Below, in pieces: positions 1-11,465 of a stretch of DNA of 64,000 bases (positions are counted from its first letter, which is position 1; each line of letters opens with the position of its first letter). The notes under the pieces were generated by a model. It saw only the letters and a list, made by a program, of their open reading frames with translations, did not search any database and was not told where the DNA came from. Source of the stretch: Octopus bimaculoides (Eukaryota); NCBI RefSeq assembly GCF_001194135.2, contig NC_068990.1, positions 88,712,286-88,776,285 on the forward strand, read 5' to 3'. The translations under genes and the position numbers were made by a program.

Positions 1-189
1 AGGTATCTACTAACTTTCAATAGTCTTTCAAGTGTTGGGAGTTTTTGATATCACCTCATATAACAGTTATACCATTTCAAAATTACGTGATGCATGCATT
101 ATAATGTGTAGAGTGTGTGTGTATGTGTGCATCTGTTTTGAGTGTGGGTATAAAATGTACTTATTGTTTTCTCTTCTTTTTCCTTCCAG

Positions 190-423
190 CTGATGATACA
201 AAAATTAAGCTTCATAAAGTTAGCATACCTGAGCAGGATGTTTTAAGACAACTTAAGAATGTGAACTTAGAGAAGTGTAATGAAGCTTGCCTTCAACATT
301 CAGAATGTAATTCATATGAGTACAATAAGAAAGAAAAGGTCTGTGATTTGAGTAATGTGACTCATTTGACTGATAAACTTAAACCCAGTGATGGAAATAG
401 GGATGTTTACATCATTGATCCAG
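190..423 (+). CDS. Exon PAN-A copy 1 (PAN/Apple-like domain)
   Basis: ttccag|CT...CCAG|gtcag, 234 nt; ADDTKIKLHKVSIPEQDVLRQLKNVNLEKCNEACLQHSECNSYEYNKKEKVCDLS...DVYIIDP; PAN pattern C-x3-C-x5-C-x-S-Y-x-Y-x6-C-x-L. Confidence 0.9.
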
Positions 424-1429
424 GTCAGCAGAATATTTCCATTTTATTTTTATATGCATGTTTGTATATCTCTCTATATATATGCATATGAGTGTGTCAC
501 ATATATATATTGGAAAGCATTAGCAATGATAAATCATATTACAGTACTTCAGACTTATGGGTGCTGTGCATAAAATATATTGTGCTTTTTGTGTGTGAGT
601 GACAGCAGAGTACTTGAGAAGAACCATTCATTGCAGCAAAAATGATGTTCTAAAAGCATTTCATTTATTCTTGTGCATGCCAGGCCCTGCCCCTAAACTA
701 ATGCTGCTTCATCAAGCATTCCCCAAATCTCATTACACTAACCCCACCTTAACACCCATCCCTCCATCACTTCTCTATTTGTAGCACTAATTGGCACCTG
801 TAATGACTTGAGAGCAGAGTTCGCATATATCATTTCCCCCATCCATTCTTTGTGCTACCAGGTTCCTCCTTCCCTTCCCCCATCCCCTACTGGTACCACT
901 TCCATCCTTCATTCTTGTTATCTTCCCTTTCCACACTATTTTCATTGGTCACTTCCTGTCTGTCACCTCACTTCTCTCTCCCTCTTCTCTGCCAAACTCC
1001 ATCATAATACTTCACATATCTGCTATCAGCCAACCATAAGTACCTCAGCATCTCTTTCTCCACTACTCCTACACTTTGCCCTTCTCCCATCTACCTTCTG
1101 ACATCTTCTTAAACCACATCTATCTTTCTCATCTTATACCCTCTTCATATGGACATTTACCACCAACTGCATATTCACCTTTGTTCATCACTTACTACAT
1201 TCACTTCTAGCCTCATCTGTTTCCATCATTTGCTCTCCCCTCACTCACTTATAAAATTACTTTCCCCCTTCTTACTCCTCACTGATCCTCTGTACATATC
1301 CTCTCTTATACTCATCTTCTTGTAAATTGTGAGGTTTAACCTGGCGACCATTCACTACTATCTTTATTTTCTTCCTAGCTACACTCATCTACCCTTACAT
1401 AATGTGAAAATGTTAGCCATGCACCTATC

Positions 1430-1472
<43 letters not shown>

Positions 1473-1569
1473 AGTAAAAAAAGTTACACACGAGTTGATA
1501 TGTATAAAGAAAATAAGACAAGGTAGAAAATGCTAAAATAATTTTATCATAAAATGGAACAGCTATTGG

Positions 1570-1960
1570 GAGGTAGCTGCAGGTATACCAGAGTGCCAGG
1601 GACTCTTTCCCATCCCAGTTACGAAAAAATGGACATTTTAATGTAGTGTGAAAGAAAGAAAGTGGTGAATCTAGTCAAGTTAACGGTTCCTCATGAAGAT
1701 AACATGGACATTGCTCAGGTTCAAAAGATTGACCACTATGTAAACCTCCTTGAGGACTGTAAGGATGCAGGCTGGAAAGTGGAACATTTTTCAATCGAAG
1801 TCAGATGTAGAGGATTTGTTGGTTACAGTGTGATGCGACTACTACTATTGTTTGGCCTAACTCATTGTCTAGAAGAATATTGAGCTTTATTTGATAACCA
1901 GTTGATCTAGCAAGCAGAGCCTTGTATCAGTGAGGCGGGATGGTGCGCAATGATGCTGTC
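1570..1960 (+). mobile_element. Degenerate C-terminal restriction-like endonuclease (RLE) fragment of an R2-superfamily (HERO/NeSL-like) non-LTR retrotransposon
   Basis: DILM*CERKKVVNLVKLTVPHEDNM...KIDHYVNLLEDCKDAGWKVEHFSIEVRCRGFVG resembles the (RP)DI...ELTVP...K..KY...EVGCRGF RLE signature; stop/frameshift present. Confidence 0.65.
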
Positions 1961-2465
1961 GGGAGGTAGGCACCAAAACAGTATGCATTCTCTCCTGATG
2001 ACCCCTTACTCTTGCTGGCTTCCGGTATGTGCAGCTTTTGACTGGTAGCACTTGCATGTGCAAGTTGTTTGCAAAACAACATTCATATGCTACAAATAAT
2101 CATGATATCTGTGACAATAAAAATCTGCAAGACCTTAAGATTTAAAGGATAATGTTTAGTAGAAGATGCTTTCCTTCATAACCTTGCTACCATGTAGGTG
2201 GCTGGTCAAAATTTAACCTCAAATTAAAAAGAGAAAGAGAAGAAAATGCATACATACATACATACCTACCTACATACATACATACATACATGTACATACA
2301 TACATTTTTATATGTGTACTTGCATCTATGTATATATTTGCGTTCAGATGTCTTCTGATTATTTCACTCGATACCTTTCATTGTAAGATTGTCATTATCT
2401 CCTTATTCTCACCCTCTTCCAAACATGCTCTCACCATTGACACCAGTTTCTCCTTTCAATTTCAG

Positions 2466-2636
2466 TTTACTCCAAAATTAACTGTGAACCACCAAAAGAC
2501 ATTGTTGGTGCTAACAAGTCCTACAATACCACCACTTATGAAGCTGAAGTGACCTACACTTGTCCAGAAGGAGATGAATTAAAATCAGTCTGTAAAAAGG
2601 ATAGTAAATGGTCTCCAGTAAATTCTACATGTAAAG
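2466..2636 (+). CDS. Exon Sushi-S1, unit 1
   Basis: ttcag|TT...AAAG|gtaat, 171 nt; YSKINCEPPKDIVGANKSYNTTTYEAEVTYTCPEGDELKSVCKKDSKWSPVNSTCK (4 Cys + Trp of CCP fold); missed by ORF track. Confidence 0.9.
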
Positions 2637-2974
2637 GTAATGTAAATAACTTCCATTTTTTTGTCACTGTCAGGGTAATCTTACTTTATTTTTGTGCAAA
2701 ATGTCTTTGCCAGAGGAAGTCTAGCTGACTCTCTGACAATTTACACAGTGTTTGTGGCTAATGGGAGAGACAAAGGAAGTTGTTCTCAGACCAGATACTT
2801 CCCCAGATGTTTGCATCAGGGTGGTCATCATTAATTCTATCCAAGGGCAAAGTATTAAATTGGGTGATAGGTTAAGTCTCCCAACAAAAAAGTGGAAATG
2901 TGGTAGTCTGTTCCCTCCAGCAGACATCCATAGTTTCCATTTACCAGACTTCATCCTTTGTTCTGAAGCAAATT

Positions 2975-3435
2975 TTTAACAGCTCCATTTCCTCTCTAGT
3001 CTTTGCACATCCTCTGTATTCATGGCCTTTGTCCCACTGCCATGTATTCTTGGTGATGATACACAAGTAACACACAATTTGCCTTTCACTCATAGTGAGA
3101 GACCTTTTAGTGCCACCAGAGGTTACAGCATTCTGAACTTTCTCCATCTTGTTATTCTAACAATTATCCATTTTTAACATCCTCTTCCTCTGCTAGTTAG
3201 GTCACCAAGGTAACAGACACTATTTACAACCTCTAGGGAACCTCCTGGGCATTTCAGAAAATCCAGTTCCTGTGTGTTTATTGTTCCTACACATCTATCA
3301 CATACAAAGACTTCTTTCTTTGTTAACCTTCCTGTGATTCCAGTGCACCTCTGATGTGTCCATATGTTGCACTGGATACACCATATGGAATTCCTACCAA
3401 CACCTTTCCTATATATTGAGCAGAGCACACACATA
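2975..3435 (-). mobile_element. RTE-clade LINE fragment (RT C-terminal region with Cys-rich insert), upstream of S2 unit 1
   Basis: RKGVGRNSIWCIQCNIWTHQRCTGITGRL...FVCDRC...LEVVNSVCYLGDL. Confidence 0.75.
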
Positions 3436-3478
3436 ATATTCATGCAACATTGGTATCAATTTCTATTCTTAATTTCAG

Positions 3479-3649
3479 TTTATGCAAAAATTAACTGTGG
3501 CGCTCCAAAGGAAGTTACTGGTGCATCAAAGTCCTACAAAACCACCACCTATAAATCTGAAGTGACCTATACTTGTCCAGAGGGAGAACAACTAAAGTCA
3601 GTATGTGAAAAAAACAATGAATGGACTCCAGTGGCAGAAGCCTGTAAAG
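3479..3649 (+). CDS. Exon Sushi-S2, unit 1
   Basis: 171 nt; YAKINCGAPKEVTGASKSYKTTTYKSEVTYTCPEGEQLKSVCEKNNEWTPVAEACK. Confidence 0.9.
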
Positions 3650-4802
3650 GTAATGTAAATAGTTCATCTGTAATCCCCATCCACTCAAGCCATTTTTACT
3701 GTCCTTACTTTGCTTTCAGTAATTTACCTTGAGAACAGTATGTTCCTCTCCATCCCTGCCCTCTCTACAAGTGAAATTTACAAATGCAGATGAGGGATTG
3801 ACCAAGGAGGAAGTCATCATTGTCTGACATTTCAAACTCATTCACTTAACAATCTCATTTGCTATAGTTAATATCTTATTCTGGTCATGAAATTCAAAAG
3901 TGACGACTTCATAAAGATAATCACTCTTTTTCTTTCGTTAAAAGTATAATGTTAATTAATCAAAATTTCTTAGCTGCTACATCAAGTTGTGAATGTCCAC
4001 ATTTACTACATGTTTATATTTATTCGCTAGATGATGATAGAAAAGAATTACTTTTGTTTTCCCAGGAAAAACATTGTAAAAGAGTAAAGTAATGGGTTAT
4101 AGACCTTGCCATTACTAATTACATTTAGTTACATCCTTTTACATTCTGGGTTCAAATCCCACCTGGATGTACTTCACCTTTCATACTTCTGAGATTGATA
4201 AAACAAGTACTGAGGTTGATATATTTTCATGTATTCTCACTGCAGAATCCGTGGTATTGTGTTTATCATTAAAATTAGTAACTTCAGCAATGATAATAAT
4301 TATTTTTGTATTTTAGGGGGATGGATTGCTAGAATCATTAGAGCATCAGACAAAATGTGCTGTGGTATTTGTTCTGGCTCTTTAATGTCTAACTTCTAAT
4401 CCTGCTGATGTTAACTTTGCCCTTCTAAGGCCACTGAAATACAATACCAGTCAAGTTTACTGGCCAATTTAATCATTTAACTCCTACCTCATATTTTTGT
4501 TGCTTTTCTATACAGAAATCCCTCACCATATCACAGTTTGCCTATTGCAGTTTATTATTATTTAAGCTTACGTCGATTCTTCAGTGGTGTTGTTTTGCAT
4601 TTATAATAGAATAGATATATATACAAATTATAAAAATGATTAAAAAAATATACAGTACAGTATTGTTTCTACTTTATGGATGTTCACCTATTGTGGGTGG
4701 TTTTGGAGCGTAACACCTGTGATAGTCAAAGGATTATTGTATAAGAAATTGTTACTATTGTTGTTGTTATTTACACTCCTGTAAAGTTTCCTTTAATTCC
4801 AG

Positions 4803-5042
4803 TTTCTCAGATCAATTTTGTGAAAGTAAAAGATGCAGCTCTGGATGTATCTGGGAAAACATTGTTAAAGGAGAAAAATGTAACAGCAGATGCTTGTGCA
4901 GAAGCGTGTTTGACTGATGAAAAATGTTTATCATTTGAAATAAACAAAGATGATGGAAAATGTTTCTTATCAAGGCAATCAGCAGCTTCCACCAAGAAAA
5001 TGAAAACAGTCAAAAGCAGAGATTACTACCAACGAGTAAAAG
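4803..5042 (+). CDS. Exon PAN-B1, unit 1
   Basis: ttccag|TT...AAAG|gtaat, 240 nt; SQINFVKVKDAALDVSGK...CAEACLTDEKCLSFEINKDDGKCFLS...RDYYQRVK. Confidence 0.9.
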
Positions 5043-6101
5043 GTAATTATTCTGTGCATTTTATTATTGCAATTCTCTTTTCCTCTTACTTCTGAAATTT
5101 GTGATTCCATTTGTAATTCATAATGTACAGACAACCATTTCTGTAAAGACATTGACATGTCTCTGTCTTTACAGAAAGACAGAGACATATACCTGAAAAA
5201 CAAAGAGCAATATTAGGAAATGGAAATAGTGAACTTGTTCCTCTTGAACACTTTTATGCATGATTTCAATTGTATTTTATGTAAGAAAAGAGCATTCTGA
5301 TAGGGAGAGAGCTACTTCTCCTTGAATGATTACTGCTGTGTCTGAAATAGGTCAGCTTGTGTACATTTTTTTGTTGACTAGTCTCCAAATGGGGAAGACC
5401 ACCTTTCCAAAATAAGTTTTCTGTCATGAGGGTACTGACCAAAAATTTCACTCTTTGAATTCAAGAAGGCACCCTGATCGTGTAAATTTTTTTTCAGTCA
5501 TTGTCTTCTTGGCCAAACAAAGTTAACACTATTTACTTCCATTGAAGCATGGCACAAGTTATTCTAACAGCTTCCAAGAATCAATCGCAAAATCATAGCT
5601 GCTCCCAGCAGAACAGTTTTTTGGGGCTTGCTCTGCTCTCATGTCAACTCCAACTTCTCTGACATGTTGCTGTTGTTACTACTAATACTACTACTGCTGC
5701 TGCAACTGCCCACAAATGCTAGTTTATAGATATATCTAAAATAGATGATTATGCACAAGTACCAGCAATCAAAACTTTGAGTAAAATATGGGAAAGCCTT
5801 GTGTTGCATTATTTTATAAGTGGAGGATACATAAAAATAAAAACAGTATCCATCCACAAAATTATTTTCCAGTGTAAAACACTGTAAGTATTGAGATATG
5901 TTTTGAAATAAGTTTCAAGATGTTCTACAGCTCACATGGAATCTGGTTAAGGTGACATTTTGTGAATCAATTATTTCTTAATTATAAATCATCCATTTAC
6001 ATAATTTTGTACAGATACTTTTTACAATATCTAATATATGAATGTGTGTGTTGGGTGGTTGGAGGAGTATAAAATGTATTCCTTGTTCTCTCTTTTTCCA
6101 G

Positions 6102-6326
6102 CTAACAAACCTGTTATGTTTAAAAAAGTTAGCGTGCCGAGCAAAGCTACTTTAGGACAGCTTAAGGATAAGACCTTAAAGGAGTGTGAAAATTCTTGTC
6201 AACAATATATAGAATGTAATTCATACCAGTACAATGCTGAAGCTAAGTTGTGTGATCTGAGTAAGGTGACTCAGTTGAATGATGTACTTAAACCCAATGA
6301 TGGAAATTGGGATATATATTTGATTA
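6102..6326 (+). CDS. Exon PAN-C, unit 1 (3' end lost in N gap; expected end ~6332)
   Basis: ttccag|CT; NKPVMFKKVSVPSKATLGQLKDKTLKECENSCQQYIECNSYQYNAEAKLCDLS...WDIYLI then Ns. Confidence 0.85.
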
Positions 6327-6337
6327 NNNNNNNNNNT

Positions 6338-6750
6338 TATCATCATTATCATGTTAGCATGGGTTGGATGATTTGACTGGGGACTGGCAAACTAGATGGC
6401 TACACCAGACTCCAATCTGATCTGGCAGAGTTTCTACAGCTGGATGCTCTTCCTAACGCCAACCACTCCGAGAGTGTAGTGGGTGCTTTTTACGTGCCAC
6501 CGGCATGAGGGCCAGTCCAGCAGTACTGGCAATGGCCACACTCAAATGGTGTTTTTTACGTGCCACCTGCACAGGAGTCAGTCCAATGTTTTGTTCACAT
6601 GCCGCCAGTACAAGTGCCAGTAAGGTAAAGCTGGAAACGATGGCACTCAAATGGTTCTTTTTACGTGCCACTGGCACGGAAGTGAGACCACTGCTCTGGC
6701 AGTGATCCCACTCGGATGGTACTGTTAGCGCTCCACTGGCACAGGTGACA
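6338..6750 (-). repeat. Octopus-type SINE/RTE-tail repeat with internal gcaccc/gccagtggcacgtaaaa minisatellite
   Basis: catcat...gcatgggttggatgatttgactg...gagtttctacagctggatgc...cctaacgccaaccactc; same family at ~9290-9710(+), 13150-13400(+), 18240-18630(+), 21410-21590(+), 29640-29990(-), 45630-45880(+), 62280-62400(-). Confidence 0.7.
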
Positions 6751-6759
6751 GTCATCGAT

Positions 6760-6848
6760 CCTCATCAGTCATGAACCTCATCAGTCATGAACCTCATCAG
6801 TCATGAACCTCATCAGTCATGAACCTCATCAGTCATGAACCTCATCAG
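6760..6848. repeat. 16-nt tandem repeat (cctcatcagtcatgaa) x5.5
   Basis: Perfect copies read directly from the sequence. Confidence 0.95.
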
Positions 6849-6968
6849 GTGTTCAGATGTCTTCAGTTTGTTTTAGTCAATATTTTTTATTCTAAATTCG
6901 TCCTGATCTTGTTCTCAGCCACTCCTGGTACACATGCACCACTGATATCAATTTCTCTTATCTTTCAG

Positions 6969-7139
6969 TTTACCAAAAAGTTAACTGTGGACCTCCAAAA
7001 GACGTTATTGGTGCCAAGAAGTCCTACAATACCACCACTTTTAAATCTGAAGTGACCTATACTTGTCCAGAAGGAGAAAAATTAAAATCAGTATGTAAAG
7101 AGGATCATAAATGGTCTCCTGTAGTGTCTGCTTGTAAAG
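6969..7139 (+). CDS. Exon Sushi-S3, unit 1
   Basis: 171 nt; YQKVNCGPPKDVIGAKKSYNTTTFKSEVTYTCPEGEKLKSVCKEDHKWSPVVSACK. Confidence 0.9.
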
Positions 7140-7321
7140 GTAAATTAATGTAAACAGGTTCTCTCTTGATGACTCTGTTTCAACAATTTTGTTTAATTTT
7201 TTTTCTTAAATATCTTTGTTAGAAGAAGAAAGATTGATACTTTGTCAATCTTCATGGTGTTGTTGGCTCGTGTTGTTCTTTTGCTTTGTTTCCAATTGTC
7301 TCAATCTTACTTTAATTCCAG

Positions 7322-7561
7322 CTGCTCAGATCCATTTTGTGAAAGTGAAAGATGCAGTTCTGGATGTATCTGGGAAACCATTGTTGCACAAGAAAAATGT
7401 TACAGCAGATGCTTGTGCTAAAGAGTGTTTGTCTGACAAAACTTGTTTGTCATTTGAAATAAGTAAAGAAAACGGAGATTGTTACTTATCAAGGCAAACT
7501 GCAACAACCTCCAAGAAAATGCAATCAACTAATACCAGTGATTATTACCAACGAATAGAAC
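7322..7561 (+). CDS. Exon PAN-B2, unit 1
   Basis: 240 nt; AQIHFVKVKDAVLDVSGKPLLHKKNVTADACAKECLSDKTCLSFEISKENGDCYLS...SDYYQRIE; donor C|gtaat. Confidence 0.9.
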
Positions 7562-8349
7562 GTAATTATCTTTTTGTATTTTATTGTTGGATTCTCTTTG
7601 CCTCTTTTTTCTGTAATTTGTAATTCTATTTGTACTTCATGATTTGTGGGTGATTATGGTGAATAGTGATCAACGGTGGAGCGATGATTGATGATAAATA
7701 TGATTTTGCGGGAAGGGGAGAGGCGGTGATGACTAGTAGTAAAGAAAGGGTGAAGAACATCAGAATGTTAATTATAAAATAATGGAAATGGGGAAGAAAA
7801 GAGAAAGGGAGATTATGCGTAGGTCTTAAGGTGTGTGTGGGGAGAGTGAGAGATCTTGAGTGATAGATAATCAGAAGTAGATAGGGGTGAGTTAACAGAA
7901 AATGGTTCAGGTGAGAGGGAAAGACAGAAAGGAAAATATGTGTGGGAAAAGACAATGTTAAGAATGAAGGATGGATGCAAAAGGATGAGGTAATAGGGAG
8001 TGAGAGAGATAATTGATAGCACAAAAAATAATGATGAAATAAGTGGTTCTACTCTCATTTAACTATAACAGCAAAATAATGCAGATGTGAGGAGGGCAAT
8101 GAAAAGAAATAAGGGGTGTGGAACGCTTAACAGTAACAAGTTTGGTGAAGGACCCAGTTACGAGCACGTACATTATGCTTCCAGAACATTAGCTTCACCA
8201 TGTTGAGCAGGTCTTGCAACCTTCTAGCAATGCAATTCATATCCAATCCTCATACAATCTGCTTTTTACTCTAAGAAAGAAACCTTTTGTAAATCAAGAG
8301 AGATAATAGGTCTCTGAACTTTCTCCAACCTCTTCTTACTTTGGCTATT

Positions 8350-8700
8350 ATTTTTTCAGAACATTCCAGCACACATGTCCTTGGTTTCAATGGATGCTGT
8401 GTCTGGCTGTGACTTTGATCACTCTTGCTATTCTCTTGATTTGGCCCCATCTGACCATCAACTATACCCCAACAGGAAAAAACACTTGGCTGGGAACCAG
8501 TATGGCATCATATCTGCCTTTGATGGCTGTTTTTACTAGTAGGATGAAAGCTTCTTCACCAATGGGATTCAAAGCTTTGCAATACCATTGTAAGAAGTTT
8601 ATGGGCCACATGGGGGACTATGTTGAAAAATAAACCTCGTTTGGTTACATTCTCTGAGAGTATTTTGGTCAACCTATAAACTTTTTAGCTGACTTCATAT
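8350..8700 (+). mobile_element. Mariner 3' fragment upstream of PAN-D unit 1
   Basis: Degenerate YSxDLAPSD region; TIR-like end ttggtcaacctataaactttttagctgacttcata. Confidence 0.7.
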
Positions 8701-8818
8701 TTGTTATAAATAAATTCTACGTTTAAAACAATTTATGCATTGGTTGCTATATAATTTCTGATTTGTGTGTGGGAGTATAAAATATATTTCTTGTTTTCTT
8801 TCTTCTTTTTTTTTCTAG

Positions 8819-9052
8819 CAAAAGATGATCTTTTGATACTTAAAAGCACTTCCATACCAGGGCATGATACATTTGAGCGGCTGGAAAATGTGAGCTTAAA
8901 GGAGTGTAATCATGCTTGTCATCAAAATCCAGGATGTAACTCTTATGAGTATAATAAAAAAGATATGCTCTGTGATCAAAGTAATGCAACTCACTTGACT
9001 CAGGACCTTCTGCCCAATGCATGGGCATGGGATACTTACATCATTAACCCAG
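8819..9052 (+). CDS. Exon PAN-D, unit 1
   Basis: 234 nt; KDDLLILKSTSIPGHDTFERLENVSLKECNHACHQNPGCNSYEYNKKDMLCDQSNATHLTQDLLPNAWAWDTYIINP. Confidence 0.9.
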
Positions 9053-9730
9053 GTAGTAGAGTGTTTTTTATTTCTTTGTTTTGTGTGCTTGCTTGTTTAT
9101 GTGTTTACATGTATTTACATATACATACTTGTGTGTCTATAATTGAAATAAACTGTACAGTGGATACCACAACCCCAGCCCCTGTGTGAACTTGGATCTT
9201 CATAGCTTATCAACTGGAGCACTCAGACTGCATACCAATTAGTTTAGGTTACTAGTGACCTAAAATCTTCATATTCTGCATATACATATACCACTTGCTG
9301 GTGACTGCCCATGCTGGTGGCACATAAAAAACACCATTTGAGTGTTGGGCCTCACAGAGGTAATGTGGCTGAGTTTGGTGTCATGTAACTAGCACCCATG
9401 CCAGTGACATGTAAAAAGCACCTTCCATATGCTGGGCTTCACAGAGGCAATGACAAATTACATACTTAAGAAGATCCGTCAAGCCAAATATCATGGCAGA
9501 TATTGGCGTCATGGAAACTGACACCCACACCAGTGGCATGTAAAAGCACCCATTACACTCTCGGAGTGGTTGGCATTAGGAAGGACATCCATTCGTAGAA
9601 ACCATGCCAAATCAAACTAGAGTCTGGTGCAACCCTCAGCTTACAAGCTCTGATCAAACCGTCCAGCCCATGCTAGCATGGACAACAGATGTTAAACAAT
9701 GATGATATTGATTATATGTATACATATATA

Positions 9731-10610
9731 CAGAGTGTGGATGGTATTTAAGGACACATGCATTTTTAGTCATTATTTTATTTGACTAATTTTTATTGAA
9801 CTTCTATTTCAGAAAAGAACAATGACAGGCCCTATGTTTACTAATGAACTGAAAACGCATGCTGTGATTGTGGCTCTGAAGGTCAAGCATGGTGATTTAG
9901 AAATTTCTCATTTTCTGAAAGTTGCAACATCTTTTGTCCACAAGACTCAGTGTGAGTTAGAGAAAGAAGATGGAAGCATATTACCTGTATCAAAATGTAT
10001 AAAACATTCCAAATGCTCTGAGTCTATCAGGACACCTGAATTTATTCAGGAAGTTAAGCAAAACATTGAAGACAATCCAGGAAAATCAATGAAGTCAATT
10101 GCAAAAAACATTTTGTGTACCAGAAAAAACAATCAGAAATGTTGTGCATGAAGACATCAGCTACAAGTCTTAAATGATGAGGAGAGGTCAATTCATGTCA
10201 GAAAGAACAAAAGAAAACTGTTTAATTAGATCCAAAAGACTTTTGAACAAACTTAAAAATTCGTCAGAAGATGGTGTGATTTGGTTTTTCTCAGATGAGA
10301 AAAACTTTGATTAGGACTAGAAAACTAATTGAAGAAATGACAGATGGCTATGTGCAGTCCCTTCTGAGGTTCCAAGAGTAATGTACACAAAATTTCCAGC
10401 AAGTGCCATGGTTTTGGGTGTTGTTAGCAATGACAGACATGTGATGCCTCCTTACTTTTAACCACAAGGCCTTAGGGTGAATGCTGCTACATGTATTGAG
10501 GTTCTGGATAAAGTTGTTAAGCCTTGGGTCAACAATGTATGCAAGGGAACGCCTTATGTCTTTCAACAAGATTCTGTACCATCGCACATACGCAAAAAAC
10601 ATAAACCATA
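9731..10610 (+). mobile_element. Degenerate Tc1/mariner-superfamily transposase (maT/DD37D-like)
   Basis: RTPEFIQEVKQNIEDNPGKSMKSIAK; WFFSDEKNF; MVLGVVSNDRHVMPP; YVFQQDSVPSH; several stops. Confidence 0.8.
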
Positions 10611-11090
10611 AAACATTCACATTCGCTGAAAAACTTGAATATACAAATGAGTTATATATGTATATACATAAATACACCCTCCTGTCTGTCAAACACATAT
10701 ACATCTGTAAATATATAAACGTATATACATATGTATATGTATGAAGGAAGGAGACAAGTACAACAGGTAGTCTTGCACTCCTATATGTACAATCATTCGT
10801 ATACATGTATATATGCACGCACATACATTAGGTGTATACTACACGTGTATAAGTTACACAGTTATAAAGGGTGAAAAATAATATACAGAAAAAATATATA
10901 AAGTAATAAAATATATATAAATATATAAGAGATGTTAAGACATATGAAAGGCTTGTACGTGGACATTATATAAAAAGCAGGTTCTATCTGCGATCTTGTG
11001 GGGTCCAAAAACGTAGCAGATGTTTTGCCATATGTGGACATGACCCAAAAAGTTCAGTTCTTGAATTTAGACAAGTAGCGGGGTCTAGAG

Positions 11091-11244
11091 AACTTTTCCA
11101 GATAAGCCATCTTTCCATATTGCAAAGACCGCACTTTCCACTATAAGATTCACTGGAAGATCTTGGCCAAGTGTAAGCCTTACAACAACAGCAATGGAAA
11201 GTGCAGTCTTTGCAATATAGAAAGATGGTTTATCTGGAAAAGTT
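11091..11244. repeat. Inverted repeat, 50-bp arms (3 mismatches), 54-nt loop, overlapping a Penelope-like GIY-YIG tail
   Basis: 11091-11140 is the reverse complement of 11195-11244; + frame reads IHWKILAKCKPYNNSNGKCSLCNIERWFI. Confidence 0.8.
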
Positions 11245-11465
11245 TTTGAAGCCTTGCTGGAATTTTCAGATGTGGAAGAAGTGAAGAAAAAAACTATTGA
11301 AGAGTTAAAAGGCATCACTTCACAAAAGTTCCAGTACTGCTTCAAGAAGTGGAAAACACACCTGGACTGATACATTGCTTCAAATGGAGAATACTTTTAA
11401 GGTGATAAAAGTGTAAACATGTAAAACTAAGTGAATGAAATCATATTTGGGTACCCCCCTCATAT
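11245..11465 (+). mobile_element. Mariner transposase C-terminal fragment
   Basis: FSDVEEVKKKTIEELKGITSQKFQYCFKKWKTHLD*YIASNGEYF*GD. Confidence 0.7.

Noticed and set aside
780-1320. Pyrimidine-rich ORFs (808-1101) and purine-rich tracts (7700-8130, 31790-32530)
   Set aside because: Low-complexity or highly decayed repeat sequence; no recognisable protein motif strong enough to call.
2721-2979. Recurring small ORFs after Sushi exons (MKSGKWKLWM..., MWLMGETKEVV..., also 15123, 25152, 30484, 58391)
   Set aside because: They recur only because the intron was duplicated; stops and frames differ between copies and there is no domain signature.
4979-5203. Antisense ORF MFFRxMSLSFCKDRDMSMSLQKW repeated four times
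   Set aside because: Antisense shadow of the B1 3' end plus the identical intron/hairpin; no independent coding evidence.
6760-6848. Short direct repeats resembling a CRISPR array
   Set aside because: Head-to-tail repeats with no spacers, in eukaryotic intron context.
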